Below are positions 38,893 to 48,580 of a DNA stretch of 64,000 bases, one piece after another. Position numbers and translations under genes: made by a program. Each line of letters begins with the position of its first letter. The first letter of the stretch is position 1. Below the pieces are notes generated by a model. That model had not been told where the DNA came from. It did not search any database and saw only the letters and a list, made by a program, of their open reading frames with translations. Source of the DNA: Gemmatimonadota bacterium (GTDB lineage Bacteria > Gemmatimonadota > Gemmatimonadetes > Longimicrobiales > Gaopeijiaceae); assembly GCA_036986155.1 (NCBI GenBank), contig BTRA01000002.1, forward strand, positions 2,119 through 66,118, given 5' to 3'.

Positions 38893-40861
38893 TCAACCTC
38901 CCGGTGCCACAACCTCGACAGGCTGCCGAGAGTTCAAGGGCGTGCCGTTGAATGTCACGCTTCTGATTGAGAACACGAGTGATTCCGGTCTCCGCGGGGT
39001 GATGAGAACGTCGTAGATTTCTCCGACTCGGACCGTCTGCTGCGAGGGAACCGTCTCTTGTAGGTGCTCGGGCAGTTCGGCACCGTCCTTCGCCACCAGT
39101 GTCCATCGGTAGGGCCTACCGTCGGTCCGGAGCAATTCGAACGTCCCCGAGGGCCCGAGAGTGATGTTCATGAGTCGGAACCGGTAGGACTGGCGGGCCT
39201 CGAACTGCATCGGTGGTAGTTCTTTTCGCCCATTTACGACCGTTCCCTCCACGTTCGGGGCCGCACCGAGAATGAAGACCTTGTCGTGCTCCGGATCCCA
39301 TTCCTGGACCTTTGGTAGGACCACGATGGGCCCGTAGAGCCCCGCTCCCTGTTGCCGGATGTCGCTCATATGGGTGTGATACATGAAGCTGCCCGGGCGG
39401 GGTGGGGTGAACCGCATCTCAAAACTGTCACTCGGCATGATGGGGGGGGGTGGGCATGCCAGAATATCCGCCGACGCCAACAACGCCATCAAATGGACTT
39501 TCGATCTCGAGCCCGTGCCAGTGTATCTGGGTCGGCTCAGGGCTTCGGTTGACGACCCAAACACTGGTGGGCTCACCTTCTCGCATGATCAGGGTCGACC
39601 CGGGAAGACGCACCGAGTCGGGTGCTGGATCTTCCGGCCCCTCGGCGAGAATGGGGGAAAAAGTGCGGCGGTACGGTGAGATCGCTTTGAGCTTCGTCCC
39701 GGGGGGTGCCGGTACGGAGTCCGAGTTGACGATCAATCGCATCTGGCGCCGTGGGCGTTCATCCGGAACCCAGTCTGGCGATGGATTGACGTACATTCCC
39801 ATCATCAATCCCCCCATGCCTTCGACGACATGGGCGGCAGGGTCGTGTTGCGGCTCTCCCAGCAACTTCCGCTTGGTGACCTGTTCTCGATCGGCCGGTT
39901 GGTCGAGCGGCTTGTAGTTCGGTCCGACGTGACCGGAAATGTGGCAGTGAAAGATCCAACCCCCGGGCCGGTTGGGAGTCCAGGAAAGGGACAAAGTGGA
40001 CCCGACGGCCATTTCCTCCGTCACCGCTTGGTGTTGTTGGGACTCCCAAAAGATCTCGTCGTGGTCGTTGTCCCCTTTCGCCTCGATAGTGTAGAAGAAC
40101 CCATGAAGATGCATGGGGTGGCCACGCCCAGACGCGTTGATCAGGCGCCACCTCACCGTATCCCCCATACCGTATTCGAGACGTTTGGTATACGGCCACG
40201 GGCGGCCATTGATCGTCAAGATTGCCGGGGCGGATGGAAGCGTGCGTACGCCCAGGATCATGATAGCATCGATGGGTTCGGGCATGTCGGGACCGGTAAT
40301 CACCAGAGCGCCCGTCAGGAAGACTCCCTCTCTCTGGTTGGCGACCAGGGGAGGAATGTCCACGGGACGTCGGGGTGAGACCCCCCCGACCCGAGCCCAG
40401 TAGTAGAACGTTCCCTCCGCGTCAGCGACGAATTCCTTGGCGGAGGTCTCACCGGGCCCGATGAGCCAGGGCTCCAGGGGCGTCGTTCGTCTCTCGCCCA
40501 GCCCGTGGACGATCAGGAGCGAGTCGAGCGTGTTCTCAATGGTGACATGGACTCGGGTGCCGAGCGGTGCGCGCAGGTAGGGCCCGGGAATCATCGGGTC
40601 ACCGTCCCCTTCGGCGAAGGCATAGTTCATGAGGCCCGGCTCGTCCGGACCATAGGGCCGCCAGTCGGCCTCGACGGCTTTCAACTCCACCGTGAGGACT
40701 CCATCGTGCAACTCGCCCGCGGGTGCCTCGTTGTCATGGAACCGCGCGAGCGGCAAAGACGCCGTCGCCACTGTGGTGTGGCTCGTGGGGCTTGAATGGA
40801 CCGTCGGCGCGGTGATTATGACCATACAGGACAAAGCCACCGCCGAGAGGCGAGAGTTCAT
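38893..40861 (-). pseudogene. Four-cupredoxin-domain multicopper oxidase, split by a 1-nt frameshift in a C9 (plus-strand G9) tract at 39442-39450. Either a real pseudogene or a homopolymer sequencing error
   Basis: Track ORFs 39428..41056 and 38893..39576 overlap in different frames. Copper motifs HPMHLHG and HCHISGH lie in the first ORF, HWHG lies at its end, and MYHTH lies in the second. Removing one C gives the continuous sequence ...GYSGMPTPPIMPSDSFEMRF.... The signal-peptide start MNSRLSAVALSCMVIITAP is at 40861. Confidence 0.8.
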
Positions 40862-41137
40862 AGGCACAGGGGCGGCTCCCGTGTAATAAGGGGGACGGTG
40901 GTCGACGTAATATGCTGAGGGCGGCCGGGGGATTGCAAGGAAGTTGGGAGAGACGAGCGAGGTAGGGTGGTCAACTGTGCCTGACCAGGCATCCGACACC
41001 ACGGCCCGCCAGGTCGAGAGTTGTACCGCCACGAGGGTGGCGGAATGCCGAGGCACATGGACCTCATCCCTGTTCTGGCGGATAGTGTGCGGACACGTAC
41101 TTTGCCATGAGTCGCGCAGAACGCTCCGGGAGGCCCC

Positions 41138-43273
41138 CTATTCCTGCGACTCGATGGGGGCACCCCACAAGACCGCCATCGCTTCGGCGTAGTCTACTAG
41201 CTCGGGGGGCGCCTCCAGGGCTTTGGGCACGAAGACGTAGGCATTTCGGCCAGGAAATGCACCCAGGATCAAGGCGTTTTTCTCCGGACCGAGGTCTCTC
41301 ACGAATAATATTCCACTGCCGCCTAGGCCCGGCAGGTCCCCTTGCCATAACAGGGGCGCGAGAGCCACCGCGCCGAAGCGGTCGGACCTCAGCTCGCGAA
41401 CGCAGGAAGGCGTGAGGACCTCACCGGGTCGCACGCGCACGGTCGTGCCTGGCGCGGGAGATCGGCGCTCGATCTCGGAGGGGATCCCGGACGCCTGTTG
41501 AAGATCCACCGGGGGGAGTTCGACGTCCGACTCTCGACGCCTCACCACGGCCTCCCGCGCCTCGGCGAACCGGTGCAGTGCGCAGTTGGTGTTGCGCCTA
41601 AGCGCGGAGATCACGCTGTCCTGACGCATGCCGCCGGCGCCTTGAAGCGTGGCGCTGATGCGCTCGTTCCAAGACGAATGTGTGAAGATGATCGCGGGGC
41701 CGGGCTCCGGCGTCTCGGGTACGGTGATGCGAGACAGGGATTCGTCGGTCCACGAATAGGTCGACCACCTGGTGGGGATTCCCAGCGCCGGAGCAGCCGC
41801 GAGGGCGGCTACGAAGCTCCACGCTGCCACGTTCCGCAGCCCTCCAGCAAGCGGCGTGTCGTCGGACGTCCGTCGACTCAACTCCACGGCCCCGAGGGCC
41901 GCCAGGGCGATCCAAGCCGGGGCCGCTTCGAAGAGCATCCTGGTCGCGTGAAACCAGTAGACGAGGTTGCCGACGACAGGAAGCAGTGCCCAAGCGATCA
42001 GAAGCGGAACACCCTTGGGCAGCCTCGGAGCGATGAGCAGATAGAGTCCGACTAGCGCTGTCAACGGAATGGACGTCTCGAGGAATTGCACTCCTACGGC
42101 GAGCGTGTCGGTCGAGGTGAAGCCAATGGCTTCGGTGAGGCCATAGGGATAGCCCCACGGATCACGATGGAATCCAAGACCGTGGTCACTTCCGAAGGCG
42201 GCGAGGTACCCGAAGGTGGTTATTCCACCGAAGAGGCGGTAATTGAACCAACCCAGCAGGACGGCGAAGGGCGCTCCGCCGATCAGTGTGGCAGCCGCTC
42301 TTCGGAGCAGCCATGGGCTGGAAGGCCCCATGCCGTCATTGGAGTGGTCGGCGGCGGCCGAGGCTGCCTTGGGAACCCATATCCCTAGCGTAAACAGGCC
42401 GCCGAGGATCAACCCGATGAGAGGCCGAGAGGAGACCATTGCGCCGATCGCAGCGCCGGTCAGAACACCCCAGCTCGCTCGCCCGTCGCGCGCACGAAGG
42501 GCGGAGTAGAGAACCAGCGACCCCAGGGCCCCTGCCGACAGGTGGCTCAACGCCCCCCCTCCCAGGAATACCAGGAACGGGCTCACAGCCACGAGGAGCG
42601 CGGCCAGGCGTGCGGTCGCAGGTCGGTCCGGCAGGAGCCGGGGTAAGGACAGCGCCACCAATCCGGCGATGGCTCCGAGTGACACCGCGCCGACGAGCCA
42701 GGGTGTATCCATCGCTATGAACAAGGCCAGAAAGGCGAGGTGGGTGGGCGGATATTGCGACACCCATCCCTGGTCGACCAGCAGTGTATTGGGGATCAGC
42801 CACGCCTCGGGCACGACAGGCAAGACGCCGGCCAAACTTCCTGCGGCCATGTAGCGGGCTTGAATGGTGGATGCGATCTCGTCGACGTTGGTGAACAGGC
42901 CCAGGTACAGGTAACGCCACGTCAGGAGCGCGAGCGCGGCGGCTAGGACGGACATCGCGGTCGCGAACACGGGCAGCTTTGGCGCACACAGCAGATCGCC
43001 CACGCGCCTCGACACCGCTCGCAGAGGTCCATCCTTGAGCAATGCAGCCAGAAGGACACCGACGAGGAGGGTGCTGAGAGTCCCCCACCAGGCGAGTTGC
43101 AGGGTCACCTCGGCGATCTCGACGCTCGCCACGCGGAATGGGGCCTCGACGGTCGTGTCGAGCAATCGGTAGATCGGCAGAAAAGAAAGAGCCAGGAGGA
43201 GGCCGCCCAGCACGCGTCTCGCGAACGTTCGAGTGTTCTGGTTGGAACTCACGTCATGTGGTCTCTCACTCAT
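41138..43273 (-). CDS. Large polytopic membrane protein, possibly a GT-C (ArnT/PMT-like) glycosyltransferase
   Basis: About 711 aa from ATG 43273 (MSERPHD...). It has many TM helices in the first two thirds and a soluble C-terminal domain. The functional call is weak and rests on architecture plus a DE-containing first loop only. Confidence 0.6.
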   Translation of the reverse strand: MSERPHDVSSNQNTRTFARRVLGGLLLALSFLPIYRLLDTTVEAPFRVASVEIAEVTLQLAWWGTLSTLLVGVLLAALLKDGPLRAVSRRVGDLLCAPKLPVFATAMSVLAAALALLTWRYLYLGLFTNVDEIASTIQARYMAAGSLAGVLPVVPEAWLIPNTLLVDQGWVSQYPPTHLAFLALFIAMDTPWLVGAVSLGAIAGLVALSLPRLLPDRPATARLAALLVAVSPFLVFLGGGALSHLSAGALGSLVLYSALRARDGRASWGVLTGAAIGAMVSSRPLIGLILGGLFTLGIWVPKAASAAADHSNDGMGPSSPWLLRRAAATLIGGAPFAVLLGWFNYRLFGGITTFGYLAAFGSDHGLGFHRDPWGYPYGLTEAIGFTSTDTLAVGVQFLETSIPLTALVGLYLLIAPRLPKGVPLLIAWALLPVVGNLVYWFHATRMLFEAAPAWIALAALGAVELSRRTSDDTPLAGGLRNVAAWSFVAALAAAPALGIPTRWSTYSWTDESLSRITVPETPEPGPAIIFTHSSWNERISATLQGAGGMRQDSVISALRRNTNCALHRFAEAREAVVRRRESDVELPPVDLQQASGIPSEIERRSPAPGTTVRVRPGEVLTPSCVRELRSDRFGAVALAPLLWQGDLPGLGGSGILFVRDLGPEKNALILGAFPGRNAYVFVPKALEAPPELVDYAEAMAVLWGAPIESQE

Positions 43274-43337
43274 CCCCGAACGTCGCCAGCCGCTAGACCT
43301 TCGGGCCTCGCCTCGCCAGGCGGCGCGACGCGGAGGG

Positions 43338-44921
43338 TCACACCGAGACACCGCGCGGGGTGACCGCCCACTCGACAAGACTGAGCACCGCGTCCACGCC
43401 AAGCGCGAGTAGGGCTGCCGGAATGGCCCCCGCCAGGATCATGCGAGTATCCGACAGGGCCAGGCCCGCCACGATCGGATCTCCCAGTCCGCCGGCACCG
43501 ATGAAGGCCGCCAGGGTGGCGGTTCCCACTGTGATCACCCCAGCGGTGCGTATCCCGGCCATTATCACGGGAGCCGCAAGCGGGAGTCGAACGTAGCGGA
43601 GGATCTGCCCTTCGGTCATCCCCAGTGACCGAGCGGAGTTGACGGCCACCGGGTCGGCATCGCGAATGCCGGTATAGGTGTTGCGGACAATGGGGAACAG
43701 CGAATAAAGGAAGAGTGCCACCACAGCTGGGATTACGCCGATCCCCAACAACGGGATCATGAAGGCCAAGAGCGCAATGGAGGGAATGGTCTGAAAAAGG
43801 CCCACGGCCCGGATGGCGCCCTCAGCGCCGACCCGGGCCCTCTCGAGGAGTAACCCGAACGGCACGGCTACGAAAATGGCTCCGGTAAGGGAGGCCATCA
43901 CCAGCCACAGGTGGCGAAGCGTTAGGTCGAGTGTCTCCCCGCGCCTGGCCCAAAAATAGGACATGAAGGAGTCGGTAGGTGACGTCGACCGTCCACGGAT
44001 GGTTCTTATGGCCGGTCCCTCGACGAGGCCCAGCACCCGGAGCGCATCCCGGGCAACGTCCTCCAGCGCCTCTCCTTCCACCTCGAGGCGGCGGTTGAGG
44101 CTGCGCATCGTCTCCACGTCGATGATACCCGCCAGTTCCGAGAGGGCACGGACGGCTTCGGGACGGTTTTCCCAGAGCCGGCGGCTCATCAAGGGTGCCG
44201 CCTCGTAGGGTGGGAAGAAGCCACGATCATCGGTCAGGACCACCAGGTCATAGCGCTCGATCTGTCCGTCGGTCGAATATCCGTCGATGACGTCCACGTC
44301 ACCGCCGGCCAGCGCTTGGTACTTCACCGCCTGGAGAAGCGAGCGCACCTCCATGGTGCGGAGCCCGTAGGCCTTCTCAAGGCCAGGCAGGCCATCTCCC
44401 CGGCCGATGAAGTCCGGTGTGAAACCGCCGATATAGCCCGGCGCAACCCGGGCCAGATCGGACAGGGTACGCAATCCGTCTCGCTCGGCGGTCTCACGCC
44501 TTACCGCAATCGCGTACGTATTCTCGAACCCCAGCGGTGGCATCCAGTGGATGCCCCAGCGCTCACGGAACGCAGTTGCCACGCGCCGAAAGACTTCTTC
44601 GGGCGTCCCGCTCGGCTCCTCGTTCAGGATCGCTACGAGCCCGGTTCCGGTGTACTCAGGGTAGACGTCGATCGCTCCGGCCCGCAGTCCCTGGAACGCG
44701 ATCTCGGTGGCTCCAAGGCCTAGGCGCCGGACCACTTCCATACCCCGGCTTTCCAGCAATTGGGCGAAGATCTCCGCTAGCAGGAAGGATTCGCCGAAAG
44801 GCTTTGAAGCGACGACGATGGCCCGCTCTCGAGCATCCAGAGTGGCGGTCTCGGCTTGACTCGACATACTGTCGGCCGGCACCACCTGCATGGCAACGGC
44901 GAGGATCACCGCTGCGGTCAT
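43338..44921 (-). CDS. Betaine/quaternary-amine (OpuC/ProW-type) ABC transporter: fused solute-binding domain and permease
   Basis: The N-terminal half is OpuAC/ProX-like (ASKPFGESFLLAEIF...DVYPEYTGTG). The C-terminal half is a BPD permease (EAA-like loop ARSLGMTEGQILRYVRLPLA). The ATGA overlap with the ATPase gene indicates coupling. Confidence 0.9.
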   Translation of the reverse strand: MTAAVILAVAMQVVPADSMSSQAETATLDARERAIVVASKPFGESFLLAEIFAQLLESRGMEVVRRLGLGATEIAFQGLRAGAIDVYPEYTGTGLVAILNEEPSGTPEEVFRRVATAFRERWGIHWMPPLGFENTYAIAVRRETAERDGLRTLSDLARVAPGYIGGFTPDFIGRGDGLPGLEKAYGLRTMEVRSLLQAVKYQALAGGDVDVIDGYSTDGQIERYDLVVLTDDRGFFPPYEAAPLMSRRLWENRPEAVRALSELAGIIDVETMRSLNRRLEVEGEALEDVARDALRVLGLVEGPAIRTIRGRSTSPTDSFMSYFWARRGETLDLTLRHLWLVMASLTGAIFVAVPFGLLLERARVGAEGAIRAVGLFQTIPSIALLAFMIPLLGIGVIPAVVALFLYSLFPIVRNTYTGIRDADPVAVNSARSLGMTEGQILRYVRLPLAAPVIMAGIRTAGVITVGTATLAAFIGAGGLGDPIVAGLALSDTRMILAGAIPAALLALGVDAVLSLVEWAVTPRGVSV

Positions 44922-45679
44922 ACGTCGACCTCTACACCGGCCCGGGCGAGCAACTCCTCGACGTACTGGGTGGCAGGCGTCCGACACAAGATTCTCGGGT
45001 CCGCGACCTGGTCGATCTTCCCGTCGCGAAGGACCGCAACCCGGTCAGCGAAGCGCACTGCGGCTCGGAGGTCGTGCGTAACCATGAGCGCCGTGACGCC
45101 GATCTCGTGGAAGAGGGACCGCACGGACTCGAGCAGTTCGGAACGGGTGATTGCGTCCAGGGCGCCGAACGGCTCGTCCAGGAGCACAATGTCCGGCCGA
45201 GCCGCGAGCGCCCGGGCCAGAGCGACACGCTGCCGTTCACCGCCGGAGAGCTCGCGGGGATAGCGATGGCCGAACTCGGCGGTCTGAAGGCCTACGAGGT
45301 TCAAGGCGTCGCGCGCCATACCCTTACGATCGTCCATATGCCGAAGCCAGGGTACCAAGGCGACGTTGCGCAGCACGGTCCAATGCGGCAGCAGCCCGCC
45401 GTCTTGTTGGACGTATCCGATCGAACGGCGCAGTTTTACTTCGCTGAACGACATGACGTCCTTGCCCTCCACGCGCAGGATGCCCTCGTCTGGACGGACC
45501 ATGCGATTGAAGGTCTTGAGCAGCGTTGTTTTGCCGGCGCCGCTCTCGCCCACGAGAGCAACGCGCTCACCCCGGCCTACCACGAGCGAGAGACACTCCA
45601 GCACCGGAGCCCCCGAGAACCTCTTAGTGACGTCTCGGGCCTCGAGCGCCAGATCCGGCCTTTCGGACGCGTTCAGCAT
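44918..45679 (-). CDS. ABC transporter ATP-binding protein (OpuCA-like, without the CBS tail)
   Basis: Walker A (GESGAGKTT), signature (LSGGERQR) and Walker B (IVLLDEPF) are present. Confidence 0.93.
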   Translation of the reverse strand: MLNASERPDLALEARDVTKRFSGAPVLECLSLVVGRGERVALVGESGAGKTTLLKTFNRMVRPDEGILRVEGKDVMSFSEVKLRRSIGYVQQDGGLLPHWTVLRNVALVPWLRHMDDRKGMARDALNLVGLQTAEFGHRYPRELSGGERQRVALARALAARPDIVLLDEPFGALDAITRSELLESVRSLFHEIGVTALMVTHDLRAAVRFADRVAVLRDGKIDQVADPRILCRTPATQYVEELLARAGVEVDV

Positions 45680-45683
45680 GCCT

Positions 45684-47054
45684 CTATGACAGTGCGTAGC
45701 GGTCCAGGCGCATCACCAGCGTCTGAAGGCCTTCGGCGAACGTGGGGTGTACCATCTCGGCGTCGACGATGGTCTGCAAGGTCGCGCCGGCCTGCATGAT
45801 CATGGAAAAGATATGGATGAGCTCTCCGGCCTGAGCTCCCAAGATGACGGCGCCCAGAATCTTCTCTGTGTCCGGATCGACCAGCACCTTCATCATGCCG
45901 GAGGGCTGCCGTGTCTCGACGGCTCGCGCGACTCGACCGAACGGCATCGTCGCGACCTCATAGTCCAGACCCGCCTCCTCGGCCTCGCGTTCGGTAAGCC
46001 CCACGCGTGCCAACTGCGGGTCGGTGAAAGCCGTGGACGGTACGAGTCTGTCCTTCCGGGTTCGGCGCTGATTTCCCTCGAGAAGATCGAACAAGATACG
46101 GTGATCGTCCCACGATGCGTGTGTGAAGAGCGGGCCACCGGTGACGTCGCCCACCGCGTAGATCCCGGGAACGCTGGTGTGGTAGTGATCGTCGACGACT
46201 ATATAACCACGTTGGTCCAGTTCCACTCCCGTTTCATCACACCCGAGCGAGTCGGTGTTCGGCGCTCGCCCAACGGCCACGAGCAGGTGAGACCCATCGA
46301 TGACACCGCTACCTTCGAGATGAACACGCACTCCGGCATCCGTCGCCTCGATTCGCTCCGCTCGGGCGCCCAAGTGTAGTCGAATACCCTCCTGTTCGAA
46401 CACCTCGGCCAGGGTCTCGGTCACGTCGTGGTCTTCCCGCGGGATCAAGTGATCCGCCAGATCGACAATGCTTACCTCTGCCCCGAAGCGGCGATAGGCC
46501 TGACCGAACTCACAACCGATGTACCCGCCTCCGAGAACGATGAGGTGGTCGGGCACCTCCGCGAGGTCCATTACGTCTTCGTTGGTGAGATAGGGGACCT
46601 GTTCGAGTCCCGGTATCGGAGGAACCGACGGACGAAGGCCGACGTTCACGATGATTGTGTCGGCGCGGTATTCTTCACCGCCCGCTCCCACCAGCCCGGG
46701 ACCGAGAAGCCGGGCATGCTCCCGCACGAGCGTGAGATTCTCTGCGTGCTTCTCGACGTTACGCTCTACTCCCGAGCGCCACATCTCAACGATCTTGTTC
46801 TTGCGTGCGACCACGGCCGCCATGTCGATCCTGACCTCACCCGTTTCCACCCCGAACTCTGGTCCGCGGCGTGCCCAATGGGCGGCGTCGGCGCTCGCGA
46901 TGAAGGTCTTGGTGGGGGTACAGCCCACATTGACGCACGTGCCGCCGAGGGCCGAACCTTCGAAAAGGATCACTCTCTTTGCTGCTCGAGACAGGCGGTA
47001 GGCGAGAGGTGCGCCGGCCTGGCCGCTACCGATGATGATCACGTCGGCGGTCAT
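45684..47054 (-). CDS. Class I FAD-dependent pyridine nucleotide-disulfide oxidoreductase (glutathione/mercuric reductase-like)
   Basis: ATG 47054 (MTADVIIIGSGQAG). The redox-active disulfide GGTCVNVGCTPTK and the C-terminal HPTFAEG dimerisation motif are present. Confidence 0.9.
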   Translation of the reverse strand: MTADVIIIGSGQAGAPLAYRLSRAAKRVILFEGSALGGTCVNVGCTPTKTFIASADAAHWARRGPEFGVETGEVRIDMAAVVARKNKIVEMWRSGVERNVEKHAENLTLVREHARLLGPGLVGAGGEEYRADTIIVNVGLRPSVPPIPGLEQVPYLTNEDVMDLAEVPDHLIVLGGGYIGCEFGQAYRRFGAEVSIVDLADHLIPREDHDVTETLAEVFEQEGIRLHLGARAERIEATDAGVRVHLEGSGVIDGSHLLVAVGRAPNTDSLGCDETGVELDQRGYIVVDDHYHTSVPGIYAVGDVTGGPLFTHASWDDHRILFDLLEGNQRRTRKDRLVPSTAFTDPQLARVGLTEREAEEAGLDYEVATMPFGRVARAVETRQPSGMMKVLVDPDTEKILGAVILGAQAGELIHIFSMIMQAGATLQTIVDAEMVHPTFAEGLQTLVMRLDRYALS

Positions 47055-47254
47055 ATGCGTCCTTCGATCCCGAGTCCGGTGGGATGGAACTACATGGTCG
47101 ATCCTGAACGGTTGGCGCGCGTACCGCAATAGTCGGCGGGGGCGACTCGGGTGTCACCCGCCCCGGTACTGGAGGGGCTGCACCGGTGAGGTGCCTCGGG
47201 TTACCTTTCGCCCTTCCGAGCCGGCATCGCGCGCGTCCAACCACCAGGGCGAAC

Positions 47255-48580
47255 ATGAATCTCCACATCGGGCGTAGCCTCGACGTGTCAGAAATCGCCG
47301 AGCTACTCGCGGAGGCGCGGGCACGCACTCTTATGCTCATCAGCCGCATCTCAGAGGATGACCTCCGCCACCAGCATGACTCCCTCATGAGCCCGATCAT
47401 CTGGGACCTCGGACACATCGCACACTTCGAAGAGGTATGGCTGGTCGATCGCTTGGCCGCGGGTGGAGGGGAGTCGGAGGGTCTTCACGGAATCTATAAC
47501 CCGTTCGAGACCCCGAGAGCGGATCGGGGGGACTTGCCCCTTCCGACGCTGTCCGAGTGCCTCGATTTCATGGGGACCGTGCGCCGCTCCGTATTGGGGC
47601 GACTCCGTTCCCTGGACCTGGCCTCCGGCGACCCGCTTCTCCGAGACGGTTTCGCGTTCCGGCTCGTGCTTCAACACGAGTATCAGCATAACGAAACGAT
47701 CCTTCAGACTCTGCAGCTCAAGTCGGGCGACCCGTACCCGGCCATGCGTGCGTTCCCAGTTCCAACCGGGTCCGGCGACTCGGGCTCCGGCGGTGGCTCG
47801 ATGGTCACGTTCCCGGGCGGCGAGGTCACGATCGGCACGGACGATCGGAGTGCAGCGTATGACAATGAACGCCCAGAGCACACGATGGACGTGGCTCCGT
47901 TCCGGATCGATGTCACGCCGGTGACCAACGGTGCCTATAAAGAGTTCGTCGAGGCAGGTTGTTACAGGGATGAGGGGCTGTGGGATGAAGCGGGACGTGC
48001 ATGGCTCAACGATTCCCAAGCCGAGGCTCCGAAGTATTGGGAGCGCGTGGACGGGGTGTGGAATACGCGGGTGATGGATCGGTCGGGACCGGTGGATCCG
48101 ACCCATCCGGTGTGCCACGTTTGTTATCACGAGGCGGCTGCGTTTGCACGGTTTGCCGGAAAGCGGTTGCCCACCGAGTTCGAGTGGGAGGCGGCGGCTT
48201 CCTGGGATCCGGCGGCGGGCGCGGCACGGACGTATCCATGGGGTGAGGCGCCGGTCACGCACCTTGTGGCCAACGTGGACGCGCTCTCGTTCCAGACCAC
48301 GCCGGTATGGAGCTATCCGGACAACGTTTCGCCCATTGGGTGCTATGGCATGATCGGAGACGTCTGGGAGTGGACGGCTTCCGACTTCGAGGGCTACCCG
48401 GGCTACCAGACGTTTCCGTACAAGGAGTATTCGGAGGTCTTCTTTGGTGATCAGTACAAGGTCTTACGTGGAGGCTCGTGGGCATCACGAAGCGGGGCGC
48501 TCCGGACTACGTTCAGAAACTGGGACTTTCCCATAAGGCGACAGATTTTCAGCGGATTCAGGTGCGCGGCGGATGACTGA
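47255..48580 (+). CDS. egtB: Hercynine sulfoxide synthase EgtB-type (DinB-like plus FGE-sulfatase domains)
   Basis: The DinB-type His triad region (WDLGHIAHFEE, QHEYQHNE) is followed by an FGE/C-type-lectin-like domain (RGGSWAS). The track ORF starts at 47186, and ATG 47255 is the likely start. Confidence 0.85.
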   Translation: MNLHIGRSLDVSEIAELLAEARARTLMLISRISEDDLRHQHDSLMSPIIWDLGHIAHFEEVWLVDRLAAGGGESEGLHGIYNPFETPRADRGDLPLPTLSECLDFMGTVRRSVLGRLRSLDLASGDPLLRDGFAFRLVLQHEYQHNETILQTLQLKSGDPYPAMRAFPVPTGSGDSGSGGGSMVTFPGGEVTIGTDDRSAAYDNERPEHTMDVAPFRIDVTPVTNGAYKEFVEAGCYRDEGLWDEAGRAWLNDSQAEAPKYWERVDGVWNTRVMDRSGPVDPTHPVCHVCYHEAAAFARFAGKRLPTEFEWEAAASWDPAAGAARTYPWGEAPVTHLVANVDALSFQTTPVWSYPDNVSPIGCYGMIGDVWEWTASDFEGYPGYQTFPYKEYSEVFFGDQYKVLRGGSWASRSGALRTTFRNWDFPIRRQIFSGFRCAADD

